From Calcarisporiella thermophila CBS 279.70 (Eukaryota; Fungi; Calcarisporiellomycota), in assembly GCF_041956535.1 (NCBI RefSeq), contig NW_027192205.1:310085-374084 (forward strand): a stretch of 64,000 nucleotides of DNA. The letters are read 5' to 3'. Under the pieces are notes generated by a model. The model made no database searches and was not told the DNA's origin. It saw only the letters and a list, made by a program, of their open reading frames with translations. The translations under genes were made by a program, and so were the position numbers. This document shows positions 14,128 through 27,124 of the stretch, piece after piece (the stretch's first letter is position 1; each line of letters starts with the position of its first letter).

Positions 14128-14538
14128 CAGGGCCGACCGGCTGTGGGGCTCAGGGAAGCGAGGGGAGCAGGGAGGCGAGCCAAACAATGCTGCACCAAGC
14201 TCCCCCGCCCACATTGCGGTACAGAGCAGAAAACACAGGACACCAATTTGGACACAGCCGCGGGAAGGTTGTACCAAAACCTTGTGTGCTCTTCTTAGTT
14301 CTCTTTTCATTTTTTATTACTTTTTTCCTGTTCTTCTTGTGAGATCGGTTGCGCCTGATTTGCAATCTCCATTTCCCGCGATCGGATGGATGGGATGCGT
14401 GTTCATGCCCTGGCTCTATGATCCTTCTGCTGCTGCTTCCCCCCCCATCTCGCATAGATTTACAATCCCCGTTGGACTCCCGATAAACCACTTGATATCC
14501 CTCGCGTCCCTCCGCTTATCTTGTCGGAGAGAGTCACC

Positions 14539-15711
14539 ATGGACAATAACCCCGAGTTCTGCTACGTCGACTTCAGTCACGCCTCTGACCATCCCGACAC
14601 GGCCGGCATCTATGACACCCCCTGGTACACCACCACCGCCACTTCTTCTTGGCCGCCCACGTTGCCGCCCGAATTATCCGATTCAAACCCGCGGAACCTC
14701 CCGTGGCCTTTGGGCAGCCGAGATTCACAAGCTAAGCATGGGCTCCTTCAGGCCCCACATGCTATCGATCCCACCTTCCATCCCCTCATGCTCGAGTGGG
14801 AGAGCGAAAATGCGCAGCTTCCCTTAGCTCTCCCCCAGGTTTTGCCTCTCGAGCTCATGCAGGTCGATCACGAGCAGCTTCCCAACCGCGTCAAGCAAAC
14901 TTCTCCCCCAACATCGGATGCCAATTACAAGTCACTGATTCCTCCCCCCCTTGTGCTGGACCTGCCTCCATCACACCCTCCTCCGCCACCCTCGCTTCCT
15001 GCCTCCGCTCCCCCGCCGACCCCCGCTCCGAAGGAAGAGCCTTTGCCTACCCCCCCCGATTCCTCACCCGAGAAGAAATCCGCGCCGGCCTGCGTTCCGG
15101 CCCAGCCACCAGCAGCAAAAGAGGACAGGCGCCCCTCTAAGACGTTGAATCGCCGTAACTCCACAAAAGCAGCGCGCAGTCTTGAATGCTTCAATTGTCA
15201 TGTTACCAAGACCCCCCTTTGGAGACGGACGCCTGACCGCAAACACTCCCTTTGCAACGCTTGTGGCCTCTACTTTAAGCAATACAAACAGCATCGGCCG
15301 CTTCATTTCCTGAATAAACACGCGGGGATTGTGCTGGCCGAGGAGGCAAGTGGACCGGCCGATGCCGCGACCGGCTCCTGCCCTTTCCCCCACTCCCAGA
15401 CGTCGATGTCCCAGGCCTCCTTATCTCCGCTGCAATCGGATGACCTTGAGAAGAGCGACGCAGCCTTTGAGGACACAAGGGGAGAGCGGCGCGAAGCCGG
15501 CAACTTCAAATATGAGTATTGTGCCGAAACGGAGGACGGCTTTTCTTCGGTCGCCTCCTCGGGGAAACCCCCGGTTGCTGTACCTGAAATCATGGACGAA
15601 TCACAATTTCTGCAGCTACTGAACCGGATGGACCGCGAGCAAAAGAAGGTCTGCCTGGGGGTGTTAGCGAGGCGCTGTGATATACTCCGTAATGCGCTGG
15701 GACACTCTTGA
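14539..15711 (+). CDS. GATA zinc-finger transcription factor (single exon)
   Basis: [29 protein letters not shown] (C-x2-C-x18-C-x2-C) after a Pro-rich region; first ATG at 14539. Confidence 0.92.
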   Translation: MDNNPEFCYVDFSHASDHPDTAGIYDTPWYTTTATSSWPPTLPPELSDSNPRNLPWPLGSRDSQAKHGLLQAPHAIDPTFHPLMLEWESENAQLPLALPQVLPLELMQVDHEQLPNRVKQTSPPTSDANYKSLIPPPLVLDLPPSHPPPPPSLPASAPPPTPAPKEEPLPTPPDSSPEKKSAPACVPAQPPAAKEDRRPSKTLNRRNSTKAARSLECFNCHVTKTPLWRRTPDRKHSLCNACGLYFKQYKQHRPLHFLNKHAGIVLAEEASGPADAATGSCPFPHSQTSMSQASLSPLQSDDLEKSDAAFEDTRGERREAGNFKYEYCAETEDGFSSVASSGKPPVAVPEIMDESQFLQLLNRMDREQKKVCLGVLARRCDILRNALGHS

Positions 15712-15913
15712 GCCGCCGGATAATGGCTCTGACGCTCTTTCTCTGCTTATTCATACTTGTTTAATGTTTCTTTGTATTTCTCCCCTTCTTCACCTCGGTC
15801 TTTTTTTAGCGTTTTCGTGTTCCTATTGACTGAAATAAATGCCAAACAATCTTACGGAATTTGTCCCCTGTATATGTCAATATCAATCCTTAATTGACAT
15901 CCGTCATAGGCCA

Positions 15914-15927
15914 GGGGGGGGGGGGGG
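15914..15927. repeat. G14 homopolymer
   Basis: Seen directly, between the GATA and PYC genes. Confidence 0.85.
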
Positions 15928-16306
15928 AAACTGTTGGTCTAGAGGGAGCACGCTAAGGGATAATTTAGCCCTCTTTCTGGGGTATACGCTGTAAAATGAC
16001 CGAAGAACGTCTTATAACGAGAGCTCTTTTCTTATTGTCCTCTTACTTCTGACACTTGTATCCACTGTTCCTGGCGCCCTCTATTTTTTTTCTTCAGAGA
16101 ACAGCTCCAGATTTTTTACGGAAAATATCGTGGGAAATATTAATCGATTCGGATTATGAATACTGAAAGTCATTACTTTATTCTTTTTCCTCTGCTGTTT
16201 CTCCTTTGCATCTTTTTAACGTGTGTATATATTAAATTGCAACTTCTCCCCACTCAATTCTTGGAATTTGCCTAATCCCCCCTACTTTTTCGCGCCATAA
16301 AACAAG

Positions 16307-16452
16307 GTATGTCCCCTTTTCTATTTCTCGTTATCAATTCTGGTACACGTGAATTCTAAGATAACCTCGATACAAATTCGCTGCATATTTCTTTGCTTTG
16401 GCTGTTTCATCTACAATACTATCCTAAACTTCAGTTCTTCTCGGATTTTTAG
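16307..16452 (+). other. Probable 5'-UTR intron of pyruvate carboxylase
   Basis: AAG|GTATGT donor, CTAAAC branch-like site and TTTTTAG acceptor 7 nt before the ATG at 16460. Confidence 0.6.
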
Positions 16453-16459
16453 CTAACAA

Positions 16460-19400
16460 ATGTCACCCGGGTTCAGCCATGAACATTCAGTGGACTCCAT
16501 CCGCCACAGCAGCCAAGTGATGGGCCACATGAAGAAGATTATGGTGGTGAATCGAGGGGTAATACGTCATAATTCACCAGCGATCTTTTCCCTCCCTACT
16601 TATGCTTTAATTTTGTTTGCTCCCTACTCTCCCATTAGGAAATTGCCATCCGAGTGTTCCGTACAGCGCACGAGCTCTCTATGCGGACAGTCGCCGTCTT
16701 TAGCCATGAGGACCGGTTATCCATGCATCGCTATAAGGCGGACGAAGCTTATCAAATTGGAGCCCCCGGCCAATTCACCCCTGTAGGTGCCTACTTGGCA
16801 ATTGATGAGATTGTGCGCATTGCCAAGGAGCACGATGTTTCGATGATTCATCCAGGTTATGGTTTCCTCTCTGAGAACGCCGAGTTCGCGAGGAAGGTCG
16901 AGGCGGCTGGGATTGCATTCGTTGGGCCCACTCCCGAGGTAATTGAGCAAATGGGTGATAAAACTAAGGCGAGACAGCTGGCAATGGCATGCAATGTGCC
17001 CGTTGTGCCTGGGACGCCCGGCCCCATTAGCAAGCTCGAAGAAGCGCAAGAGTTCATCAAGGAGTATGGGCTTCCAGTCATCATCAAAGCGGCGATGGGT
17101 GGCGGTGGCAGAGGTATGCGCGTAGTGCGTGACATCGAGTCTTTAGCCGACTCCTTCAAACGCGCACAATCAGAAGCTCTCGCCGCGTTCGGCGATGGCA
17201 CCGTGTTCCTTGAGAGATTCCTTGATAAACCTCGCCATATCGAGGTCCAGATTCTTGCAGACCATGCGGGAAATGTGATCCATTTGTTTGAGCGTGATTG
17301 CTCGGTCCAGCGGCGGCATCAAAAGGTGGTTGAGGTTGCTCCAGCCAAAACATTGGACCCGGCCGTGCGTGAGGCCATCTTGGCCAATGCCATTGCTCTT
17401 GCCAAGGAGTCAGGGTATCGCAACGCAGGTACAGCCGAGTTCTTGGTGGACCAGCAGAATCGCCACTACTTTATTGAGATTAACCCTCGTATTCAGGTAA
17501 CTGCACCCGCTCGTTGCACCCATCCCGCCTTATCCCTAACCACTCTCTTGCGTGACCTGTCTAGGTGGAGCACACTATTACCGAGGAAATTACGGGCATT
17601 GATATCGTGGCCGCTCAGATTCAAATTGCCGCGGGCGCCCTCTTACACCAGCTTGGACTCACTCAACCGCGCATCCAGCTGCGAGGCTTTGCGATCCAAT
17701 GCCGTGTAACCACCGAAGACCCCTCCCTCAATTTCCAGCCTGACACAGGAAAGATCGAGGTATATCGTTCTGCCGGTGGAAATGGGGTTCGCCTTGACGG
17801 AGGCGCCGGTTATGCAGGGGCTGTTATCAGCCCCCACTACGATTCTCTCCTGGTCAAAGTTACCTGCTCGGGCTCGACCTATGAGGTAGCACGCCGCAAG
17901 ATCGTTCGGGCTCTCGTCGAATTCCGCATTCGTGGAGTTAAGACCAACATCCCATTCTTGCAGCGCTTGCTGACCCACGAAGTCTTCATGAATGGCAACT
18001 GCTGGACCACGTTCATTGATGACACTCCAGAACTCTTCCAGCTTGTGCGATCGCAGAACCGCGCCCAACGCTTGCTCGCTTACATGGCCGATGTGGCCGT
18101 GAACGGAAGTCAAATCAAAGGACAAATGGGTGAGCCAGCTTTGCGCACTCCGATCGTGCTGCCCCCACCCCCTCCAGGCATGGATTTAAGCCAACCCTGC
18201 ACCAAGGGGTGGCGTAAGATCCTTGTCGAGCAGGGGCCGGAGGCGTTCGCCCGCGCGGTTCGCAACTATAAGGGAACCTTGATCATGGATACCACTTGGC
18301 GTGATGCTCATCAGTCCTTGCTCGCGACTCGCGTGCGCACCATTGATCTCCTCGAGATCGCGCCCATGACCTCGCACGCACTTGCAAATGCATTTTCACT
18401 GGAAATGTGGGGTGGGGCCACCTTCGATGTTGCGATGCGCTTCCTCTACGAGGACCCGTGGGATCGCCTGGCCAAACTACGTGCGCTCGTGCCCAACATC
18501 CCCTTCCAGATGCTACTCCGTGGTGCTAATGCAGTGGGCTACACATCCTACCCCGACAACGTAGTGTACGAGTTCTGCGAGAAGGCCGTTAAATACGGAA
18601 TGGACGTGTTCCGTATTTTCGACTCGCTCAACTACATGGAGAATATGCGACTTGGCATCGATGCAGTTAAAAAGGCGGGGGGTGTGGTCGAGGCAACGAT
18701 TTGCTACACCGGCGATGTCGCGGACAAACAGCGCACAAAACACGACCTCAACTACTACCTCAACCTGGTTCAAGAGCTGGTAGCGGAGGGCATTCACGTG
18801 CTTGGCATCAAAGATATGGCGGGTCTTCTTAAGCCCGAGGCTGCGCGTATTTTGGTCGGAGCTATCCGCGAAAAATATCCCGATTTACCAATCCATGTGC
18901 ACACCCACGATACTGCAGGGACGGGTGTGGCCTCAATGTTGGCGTGCGCAGCGGCCGGAGCCGATATCGTCGATGTGGCGATCGACAGCATGTCCGGCAT
19001 GACTTCACAGCCTTCGATGGGGGCTCTGGTTGGTGCGCTTGAGCATACCGAGCTTGGCACGGGGATTCGTCTCGAGGATGTGCAAGCACTGAATACCTAC
19101 TGGGAGCAGGCACGCATGCTCTACAGCTGTTTCGAGGCGAATGTCAAGGCAGCCGACTCGTCGGTGTACGAGCACGAGATGCCCGGTGGCCAATACACTA
19201 ATCTCATGTTCCAGGCCGCGCAGCTTGGGCTTGGTACCCAATGGCGTGAGATCAAGATCGCCTACGCGGAAGCGAACAAACTCTGCGGAGATATCGTCAA
19301 GGTGACCCCCTCCTCGAAGGTGGTGGGAGATTTAGCCCAGTTCATGGTGTCGAACAAACTCAGTGCGCAGGATGTGCTTGAGCGTGCTGAAACCCTCAGC

Positions 19401-20129
19401 TTCCCACGCTCGGTTGTCGAGTTCTTCCAAGGTTACCTTGGACAGCCCTACGGCGGGTTCCCTGAACCTTTGCGTTCGAAAATCATCCGGGATGCCCAGC
19501 GCATTGAAGGCCGCCCCGGCGCTTCACTGCCCCCGCTCGATTTGCAACAGCTCCATAAGGAGCTAGAGGAGCGCTATGGCAAAGGTTCGATCCGCGACGT
19601 GGATGTTATCAGCTGTGCACTCTATCCACAAGTGTTCCACGAGTATCGCGCCCAAATAGAAAAATACGGTGAACTCTCCGTTGTGCCGACCCGCTACTTC
19701 CTTGCTCGCCCTGAGATCGGCGAGGAGGTTCAGGTGCAGATCGAGCCCGGCAAAACTCTCATCGTCAAGTTGTTGACGGTGGGACCGGTGGATGCCACCG
19801 GAAAGAGGGACGTGTACTTCGAGTTGAACGGCGAGGCCCGTGTTGTTGGAGTGCAGGACCAGTCGGCTGCCACTGAGCAGATCACCCGCCCGAAGGCTGA
19901 TCCCTCTCGGCCCGGAGACATTGGTGCCCCTATGTCTGGGGTGGTGGTGGAGGTACGCGCAAAGGACGGCGCCTATATTCGTGCTGGCGACCCTGTTTGC
20001 ATTCTGAGCGCGATGAAGATGGAGACGGTGCTCAGCTCACCCGTCAGCGGACGTATTGAACACGTTGAGGTGCGGGAGGGAGACTCCATTTCTGCCGGTG
20101 ATTTGGTTGCCCGCATTGTAAAGGAGTAA
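16460..20129 (+). CDS. PYC: Pyruvate carboxylase
   Basis: [26 protein letters not shown] and [11 protein letters not shown] (biotin carboxylase); [15 protein letters not shown] and IHVHTHDT (carboxyltransferase); AMKM biotinylation site. Two coding introns. Confidence 0.98.
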
Positions 20130-20490
20130 TACGAGTTAATTTTTATGTGAATATGCATTAGAATATTTCAGCGTACTAGTTTTTAGACTTTTCTTCAATC
20201 GCTTTTTTTTTTAACTACATACACATACATTTCATATATATTTATTTGAAAATATATATATATATATGGACTACTATTACCTTTCCTCCTAATACCCTAA
20301 GGTTTTTGATTTCTCCCCGAAAACAGTCGACGGGACAAATCCAAGCCACCCAAATTCGGCAGGCGAGCTTACGTTTGCACTTGCGCAAGAAACCTGCGAA
20401 GACTTTTTTCAAAGGGTGACGCGTTCGTCAGTTGAGAAGAATAAAAATTAACAAGCTCCTCATTTCGGTCATTTAATCGCCTATTAAACC

Positions 20491-21716
20491 ATGAGTTCTA
20501 TTGGAACAGGAGTAAGTCCATGGATCCCTACTCTTATTAATGCCAGTCTAATAACATGACATCCTCCTCTTCTTCCTCGATAGTACGATCTATCAGTATC
20601 GACATATTCACCCGACGGTCGCGTTTTCCAGGTAGAATATGCCGGAAAGGCTGTGGAGAATAGCGGGTAGACTTTCTTGAAGCTTGCGTGCAGAGTTGTG
20701 TGTCTCTGCCTCAATACATCAATTTTAATCTGGTTATTTTTGTAACAGCACTGCGATCGGCTTGCGTGTTAAAGATGGAGTGGTTCTGGCGGTGGAGAAG
20801 ATCGTTCAATCAAAACTTTTAGTTCCTGGGGCAAATCGCCGCATTCAAAACGTGGACACGCATATTGGAATCGTAAGCCATAAATGATCACTTCAGCTTC
20901 CAAAATTCTGACCTGGATGGTGTGCACTGCTTTATATAGGCAACTGCTGGCCTTTTAGCCGATGGCCGCCACCTTATTAATCGCGCAAGAGATGAAGCTT
21001 CATCATGGCGTGACATTTACCGTCAGCCCATTCCTGGAAAGGTAAACTGGATAGCTCTTTTATTCTTGATTTTAGCCTCATAGTCTTTTTCGCTAGACCA
21101 TCGCCGATCGTCTCGGCCTTTATGCCCAAGCTTACACACTTTACTCGAGCGTGCGGCCTTTTGGAAGCGTTGCGATTGTGGGAGCTATGGATAGTGAGGG
21201 TCCTCAGCTCTTCATGGTTGAACCCTCTGGAGTGTACTGGGTATTTCATCCTATATTGCATCTAAACCCCCCTTCAAATCTGACCTAAATCGACTTATAG
21301 GGCTACAACGGATGTGCTACGGGCAAGGGTAGACAAGTGGCGAAGACCGAGATAGAGAAATTGAACCTGAAGGAAATGACTGTTCGTGAAGCTGTTAAAC
21401 ATGCTGCTCGCATGTAAGTCGCTAGATAGTCTAAAATCTTGAGGCCTACTTGCCAACTCTTTTCTGCTATGCATACAGAATTTATACCGCACATGACGAG
21501 TCAAAAGACCGTGAATTTGAGCTGGAGTTGAGTTGGGTGTGTGATGAGAGCAAAGGTAGACACCAGTTTGTGCCCAAAGATTTACACGAAGAAGCTGAGA
21601 AACTAGCAAAGGTAATTTTATAACTCTCTGCAACTTGGCTTCAAATAGAAAAGCTAAAAAGGACCCTTTTTTCTCATTTCCAGGATGCATTGCAAGCAGA
21701 GATGGAGGACGACTAA
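20491..21716 (+). CDS. PRE10: 20S proteasome subunit alpha-7 (PSMA3)
   Basis: Assembled from small exons not in the ORF track: MSSIGTG|[69 protein letters not shown]. Confidence 0.96.
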
Positions 21717-22052
21717 AAAATACATTGTTCGAACACTAAACTATGTCTTTTATTTGAATAAATTTTTATATTGTTAACTTTTCTCTTAGCATGAAACTAT
21801 ATATTCCGCGATTTACTAAATATTTTTTTGGATACAATCAACCTTTCTAAATCCAACCTCAATACAGCCTAGGCTACAGCTAGCTCTGAAAACATTAATC
21901 TTCGCGCTGTAATCTCCGATATACAGCTCTCTTCATGTAAGGATAGGGATCAGATTTCGGGATTTGTCGAAGTAGCTCTAAATGATAAATTTGTATTCAA
22001 TTATAAATGTGACTGCATAAGAATTAAAGAGTGCTTTCGCGACGGGCTCGCA

Positions 22053-24329
22053 ATGATAAAAACCAGTAGCAGAGGAAAGAGGTCCTATCGCAAGAAATCC
22101 GCAGAGGAGGAGCAAGAAGATTCAGAAATACTGCCCTTTTCATGTGAGCAAGCATCGGTCTCGCAAAATTTTACCAAATTAAGCTTTGCCGATGAGGTTT
22201 GTTCTAATGGATATGTGATAAGATCATGCTTTTCATTTTGGTTACTCTGCTTGCTCGTTTAGATTCCAGAGGAAGTGCTGGAATTGAGTTATTCCAAATC
22301 TCGACTTACAATACCAGGCAATGATAGTCAGGAGGCGCCTTCTGTGGATCAATCAATATCAAACCAAATTCTGGAAAAATTGCGCAAAGAGAGAAAAGAG
22401 CTTGAAATCGTGAATATTGAGAAGAGAGGAAGAGGAATTGTCACTAGGAAACGACTCACTCGCGGAGACGTAGTTCTCAGAGAATTGCCTTATGCAGCAG
22501 TGGTGGATGATGAGAATTTGACAAGGAATTGTTCGAGATGTTTCCAGTCGGCTTCAAAGATGTACCGATGTTCCTCGTGCAAGGTACTTCATTACTGCAG
22601 TAAGGTGAGGACTCATTTTATTTGAACCCGCTATTTCAGCTGCTCAAACCAATATATGACCCCTTAGAAGTGTCAGCTTGAGGAATGGAGCGCCTTTCAT
22701 AAGGAAGAGTGCGCCAATTGGGTTAGGTTGGGACGCCACGTGCCGACAGCGATACGTACTATATGCCGCGTGCTAATACGGCGAAATAAGAGTCCTGCCA
22801 CCGTGAGAATATTTTTTTGGAAGAAGTAGCTTCAATCTCTAACTCTATGGCGTTTTCAGTTTGAAGAGGTTGAGAATCTAGAAAACTGTAGGCTTTCGCA
22901 TGCAGCCTTTTTGATACCGAGCACGACCTTAATTTTTAGTTATTGCATAATAGTGAAATCTAAATTCCTAAGCTCGAAGCTTGAGCTTTTCGGGCAGATG
23001 AGTTTGGTAGTGAGCAAAGTGTTGCCACCGAGCCTACTCCTTTCACCTTCAAGTATGATTGATTTGTTTTGTAGGGTAAGAACTACAATGGGGTTGCAAT
23101 TTGCCTGTTGCTTATGCCACTGCTTTCTTCATCAGTTCACATGCAATAGCTTTTCCGTCGTGGACGATGAGTGTGTCGGCATAGGGGTGGGAGTATATCC
23201 TTTGGCTGCCATGGTTAACCACTCTTGTTGGCCAAACTGTATCGCCATGTTTGAAGAGGATCAAATGGTGATCCGCTGCTTAAGAGACATTGAGGAGGGT
23301 GAGGAGGTAATGCCCTCGATCCCCTGAGTGCAAAGCAATTTTAGATGGCTTACTGCAACAAATATAAAACAGTTAACAATAAGCTATGTTGATATCGCTT
23401 TACCCACGGAGGAGCGACGGCGGGAGCTATTAGAACGGTACTTTTTTATTTGCAACTGCGATCTCTGTCAAAAACGCAAAGTAAGTGCTTATTATATCCA
23501 CGTATCTTTGTGATGAACTAGAAAATATCTTGTCTATTTAGCCGAGTGATATAGACCTGAGGTGTGCATTCAAATGCAGCAACCAAAATTGCTCTGGGGG
23601 ACTTGCCCCGTTAGGTATATTTTCCCCATTGCTGCATTTTGTTTTTGAAAAGATATCCAATGTTAATCTTCAAAATCCTTTCGCAACTTTAGATCCGCTA
23701 TCCGAGGACGAAGAATACAATGAGATATGCGCCAAATGTGGAGATATAACCAAATATGACGTTCATGAGATACGCGAGAAACAGGAATTTAGCCAAATGA
23801 AATATGAAAAGGCGGTTGCATTTCAGAAGATAGGCATGTTTTGACTTGGATGTTTTCTTAGCCATAATATTCTTTATGATTTTCTTTTTCTAACTTTAAT
23901 TTTCTTGCAGATCCTGAAAAGGCGATCAATTTGCTCGAAGAAACCTATTCCCTCCAATTTCCGCTGCTGCACTCGCTCAACTATGAATTGCTGCGCACTC
24001 GTCAACTTTTAAAAATTCTGTACATTGAACGCCAACGTTGGGCTGATGCTTTATCGCATACAACCTCGATTCTCTCCGCTTTCCATCAGCTGCTCCCTCC
24101 TCACCATCCACTGCTTGGGGTCCTTCAACTTTCTGCTGCTAAATTGATCTTGCATTTACTTGCAGAAAATGATAGTTTTGAGGAACCAATTAATCTCCTG
24201 CGACAAGCAATAGATGATCTGCGCGTATCACATGGGAGAAAGTCCGAGCTCACCCTGGAGGCCGAGGAGCTATTGAAGAAAACCGAGCTAGAATTTGAAG
24301 GTTCACTACGAAATAGAAATATTCCTTAA
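22053..24329 (+). CDS. SET and MYND domain lysine methyltransferase (SMYD family)
   Basis: RGRGIV split-SET start, MYND CSRC...CSSC...YCS..CQ...H..EC, NHSCWPN, ELTISY-like motif, post-SET FICNCDLC, TPR-like C-terminus. Confidence 0.92.
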
Positions 24330-24913
24330 GAAAGAGGGTTTTTTTGTGAGTATGTACACTAATACCCTAAAGTTCTCTTGTGATGCTTCGACAAAATATT
24401 GTAAGATAAAAATATGTTGACCGGCAAGGGGCTAGAATGCCCTTTTTCAATTTGAGAAAGTATGGATTACTCCATTTAGGACGGGTTGAAATGCTGCCAA
24501 TTCAATCATGAGAATATGTTTTTAACTCCGAGGAATACTCCGCGAAGATAAGTAATCAAAGATCAAGAACTGTAAACTGACAGTGCATCCTGTATTGCCA
24601 GCCTAAGAAAGTGATTGCAAAACAAACAGTATAAACGGCTATGGAATAAGATTTCCTGCATATTGAAGTATCCATTTATACTTCTGTCAAGCTATCTTTT
24701 TTATTTTTTTAGCGCCATTTGAATTGTTTGTGTTTTTCCTGATTTGTTTTCCAGAATATAGTTTATCGCAGCCTGATCGCAGAACAACCATCGTTTCGCC
24801 AAAAACATTAAAACGATTGTGGATAATTGTGGGTTTCAAGTTCTAACTTGGAAATTCTCTCTCAATAAAATTGCTTAGAATGTCGATTCCTAACCTAATG
24901 AATCCCAATTTCT

Positions 24914-25002
24914 ACCGGCAAGGTACTCAGCGAAGGCGGTAAGGTACGCAATGGCGTAAGTTGTACCGCTTAGAAAGGGGGAATGAAAAGGACCGCACAG
25001 GT
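24914..25002 (+). promoter_or_regulatory. Candidate zinc-responsive elements (ACC-N5-GGT) upstream of the ZIP transporter
   Basis: ACCGGCAAGGT at 24914-24924, GCGGTAAGGT at 24936-24945 and ACCGCACAGGT at 24992-25002. They resemble the yeast Zap1 ZRE ACCTTNAAGGT and the Aspergillus ZafA CAAGGT core. Confidence 0.45.
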
Positions 25003-25101
25003 GACACCAGAAAATTGCGATAAAAAATAAACACATAGTTTTTCCCTCCCTTCTGCCTCCTTTCACATTGAATTCATTTATAAAATTATATTGTTACCGA
25101 A

Positions 25102-26741
25102 ATGAAAATTCATTCTTTTACTTTATGTATACTTTTAATCCTGTTGACTGTGAACGCGGCGGCAGTGGTGCCTCGAGAGAAACGCCAAGTGCATGATGAC
25201 CATAATCATGACCATTCTATAACGTCACCATCTCGGTCTCTTGCTCCCACAAATTCCGCCTCAACCTTATCATCCATTTCCCCCAACTCTACTACTTCCC
25301 CCAACCCAACATCTCCCCCCACTCCCTCACAAGACCATGCTCATGATCACAATCACGAACAGCACAGTGAGGAACAACATAATCACGCGGGCCATTCACA
25401 CGGCTCAGCTCCTGAACGTAATACTAATTACTCATATAGAATTAAAGATGATTCTCTGACATCTCATTTTTGCCTTTCATCTCATTAGTGACGGAGGCCG
25501 AAATTGCCGAGCTCTGCCGGCCTGTGGTTGTAGAAAACTACAACACCAATCTCCAAATTGCAGGGTTCTTCATTATATTGGTCGCGGGCAGTCTAGGTGT
25601 GTTTATCCCCATCGGGGTGAAGCGATATGCATCCAGGACCGAGAGCGTGGCAAACCACGCATTATTATTAGGAAAATTTTTTGGCACAGGGGTGATATTG
25701 GCAACTGCGTACGTATCCACGAGTAACACAGTACCCCAGATAGGATTACTAAATTAGCGTTCTTTAACTAGGTTCGTTCATATGCTACTCGAGGCTTTTG
25801 CTCGCTTTGCATCGCCCTGCCTTCCCAGTGGGTTCCGTGGTTTTTCCGCATGGGCGCCGGTCTTCTGTATGATTGCTGCAATGCTCATTCAGTTGATCGA
25901 ATACCTAGCCATCGAAAGGGCAGACCATTATTCTAAGAACCATGATCACCGACAGCAACACAGTGAGCACTCTAATGGGTCTCTCCAGACCCTTGAAGAA
26001 TATGGCACACAGACTGGGAAAACGGGTGCGGAAGATGGCATCTCTTCTGGCTCACACTCGCAAGAGCTTCACCATCACCACCATCACCATGGGGCGGGTT
26101 TGCTCGAAGGAAAGGACGCTTCAAGACACATTGGTACGCTGATGCTCGAATTCGGTATCTTGCTTCACAGCATCATTATCGGAGTATCTCTGGGGGTGAC
26201 TTCAGGAAGAGAGCACATAACCCTGCTTATTGCGCTTTCTTTTCACCAGGTAAAAGATAACCATTTGCGTTTGCTGCTTTATCCCCTTACTAAATAACCC
26301 AATTCCAGTTCTTTGAGGGAGTCGCACTCGGCACACGGATCGCCGAACTCAACTACAATAGCCTTGCGAAACCTTTGATCATGGCTCTAGTTTTCGCGCT
26401 TACCACTCCGCTTGGCATCGGCATCGGTATTGGGGTGCATCGGACCTATGAAGGAAACTATGGAGCGGGCCTGTTGGTACAGGCTATTTTTGATTCCCTA
26501 GCTGCAGGGATTCTGATGTATTCAGGTATTCAATATTGCTTGTCATTGTCCATTCGTGGCATATATATATTTATTGTTGGATAATCTAATTTTGTGTTCC
26601 TTAGTATTCGTCGAGCTAATTGCTATGGAGATTAATCACAACCGCAGTTTCCGCAGGCTGCGACCCTCACTGAAATTCAGCTGCTTCATTTCCATGTATA
26701 TTGGCATTGTTGCCATGAGTGTCCTTGGGAAGTATCTCTAA
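25102..26741 (+). CDS. ZIP-family zinc/iron transporter with signal peptide and His-rich N-terminal ectodomain
   Basis: KFFGTGVILATAFVHML, LEFGILLHSIIIG, ALSFHQFFEG, LTTPLGIGIG and DSLAAGILMY motifs; His-rich N-terminus and loop. Confidence 0.95.
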
Positions 26742-27124
26742 AATATTTATTTTTCTATTTATATTTGTTGTATGCTTTCGCCATGTATGACTTATATTAT
26801 ACCCAACCACTCCCTCGCCTCTCTCTGCTCCTTGCTTTATTTTTTCTTTCTTCTCCTTATTCCATCTCATCTTTATAATATTGGTATTTTGCTCCAAGCG
26901 CACGTATTTTCTCAACAAGGATTGGCTAATATCATTTACCAGTGGTGAAGAAACGTGGATCGGAGAGCCAATTTGCAAATTATTAATCTTACGAAAAGCA
27001 TGGCCACACTGCTTATGACAACTGCATTAATTTGCTGATTACTTTGAGTTATTTCGGTCGAAGGGCTAAGCTGAAAATCAGAAGCAGCCCAAAACTAATT
27101 TAATCACCCATCCTAGTAGTATAG

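Noticed and set aside
14056-14827. Long overlapping ORFs upstream of the GATA gene (e.g. 246 aa at 14087-14827)
   Set aside because: They have non-ATG starts or low-complexity translations, run through a G14 tract and T-rich promoter sequence, and are explained by high GC content.
16717-20158. Many antisense ORFs over PYC and other GC-rich genes
   Set aside because: These are the expected shadow ORFs from codon bias and show no independent motifs.
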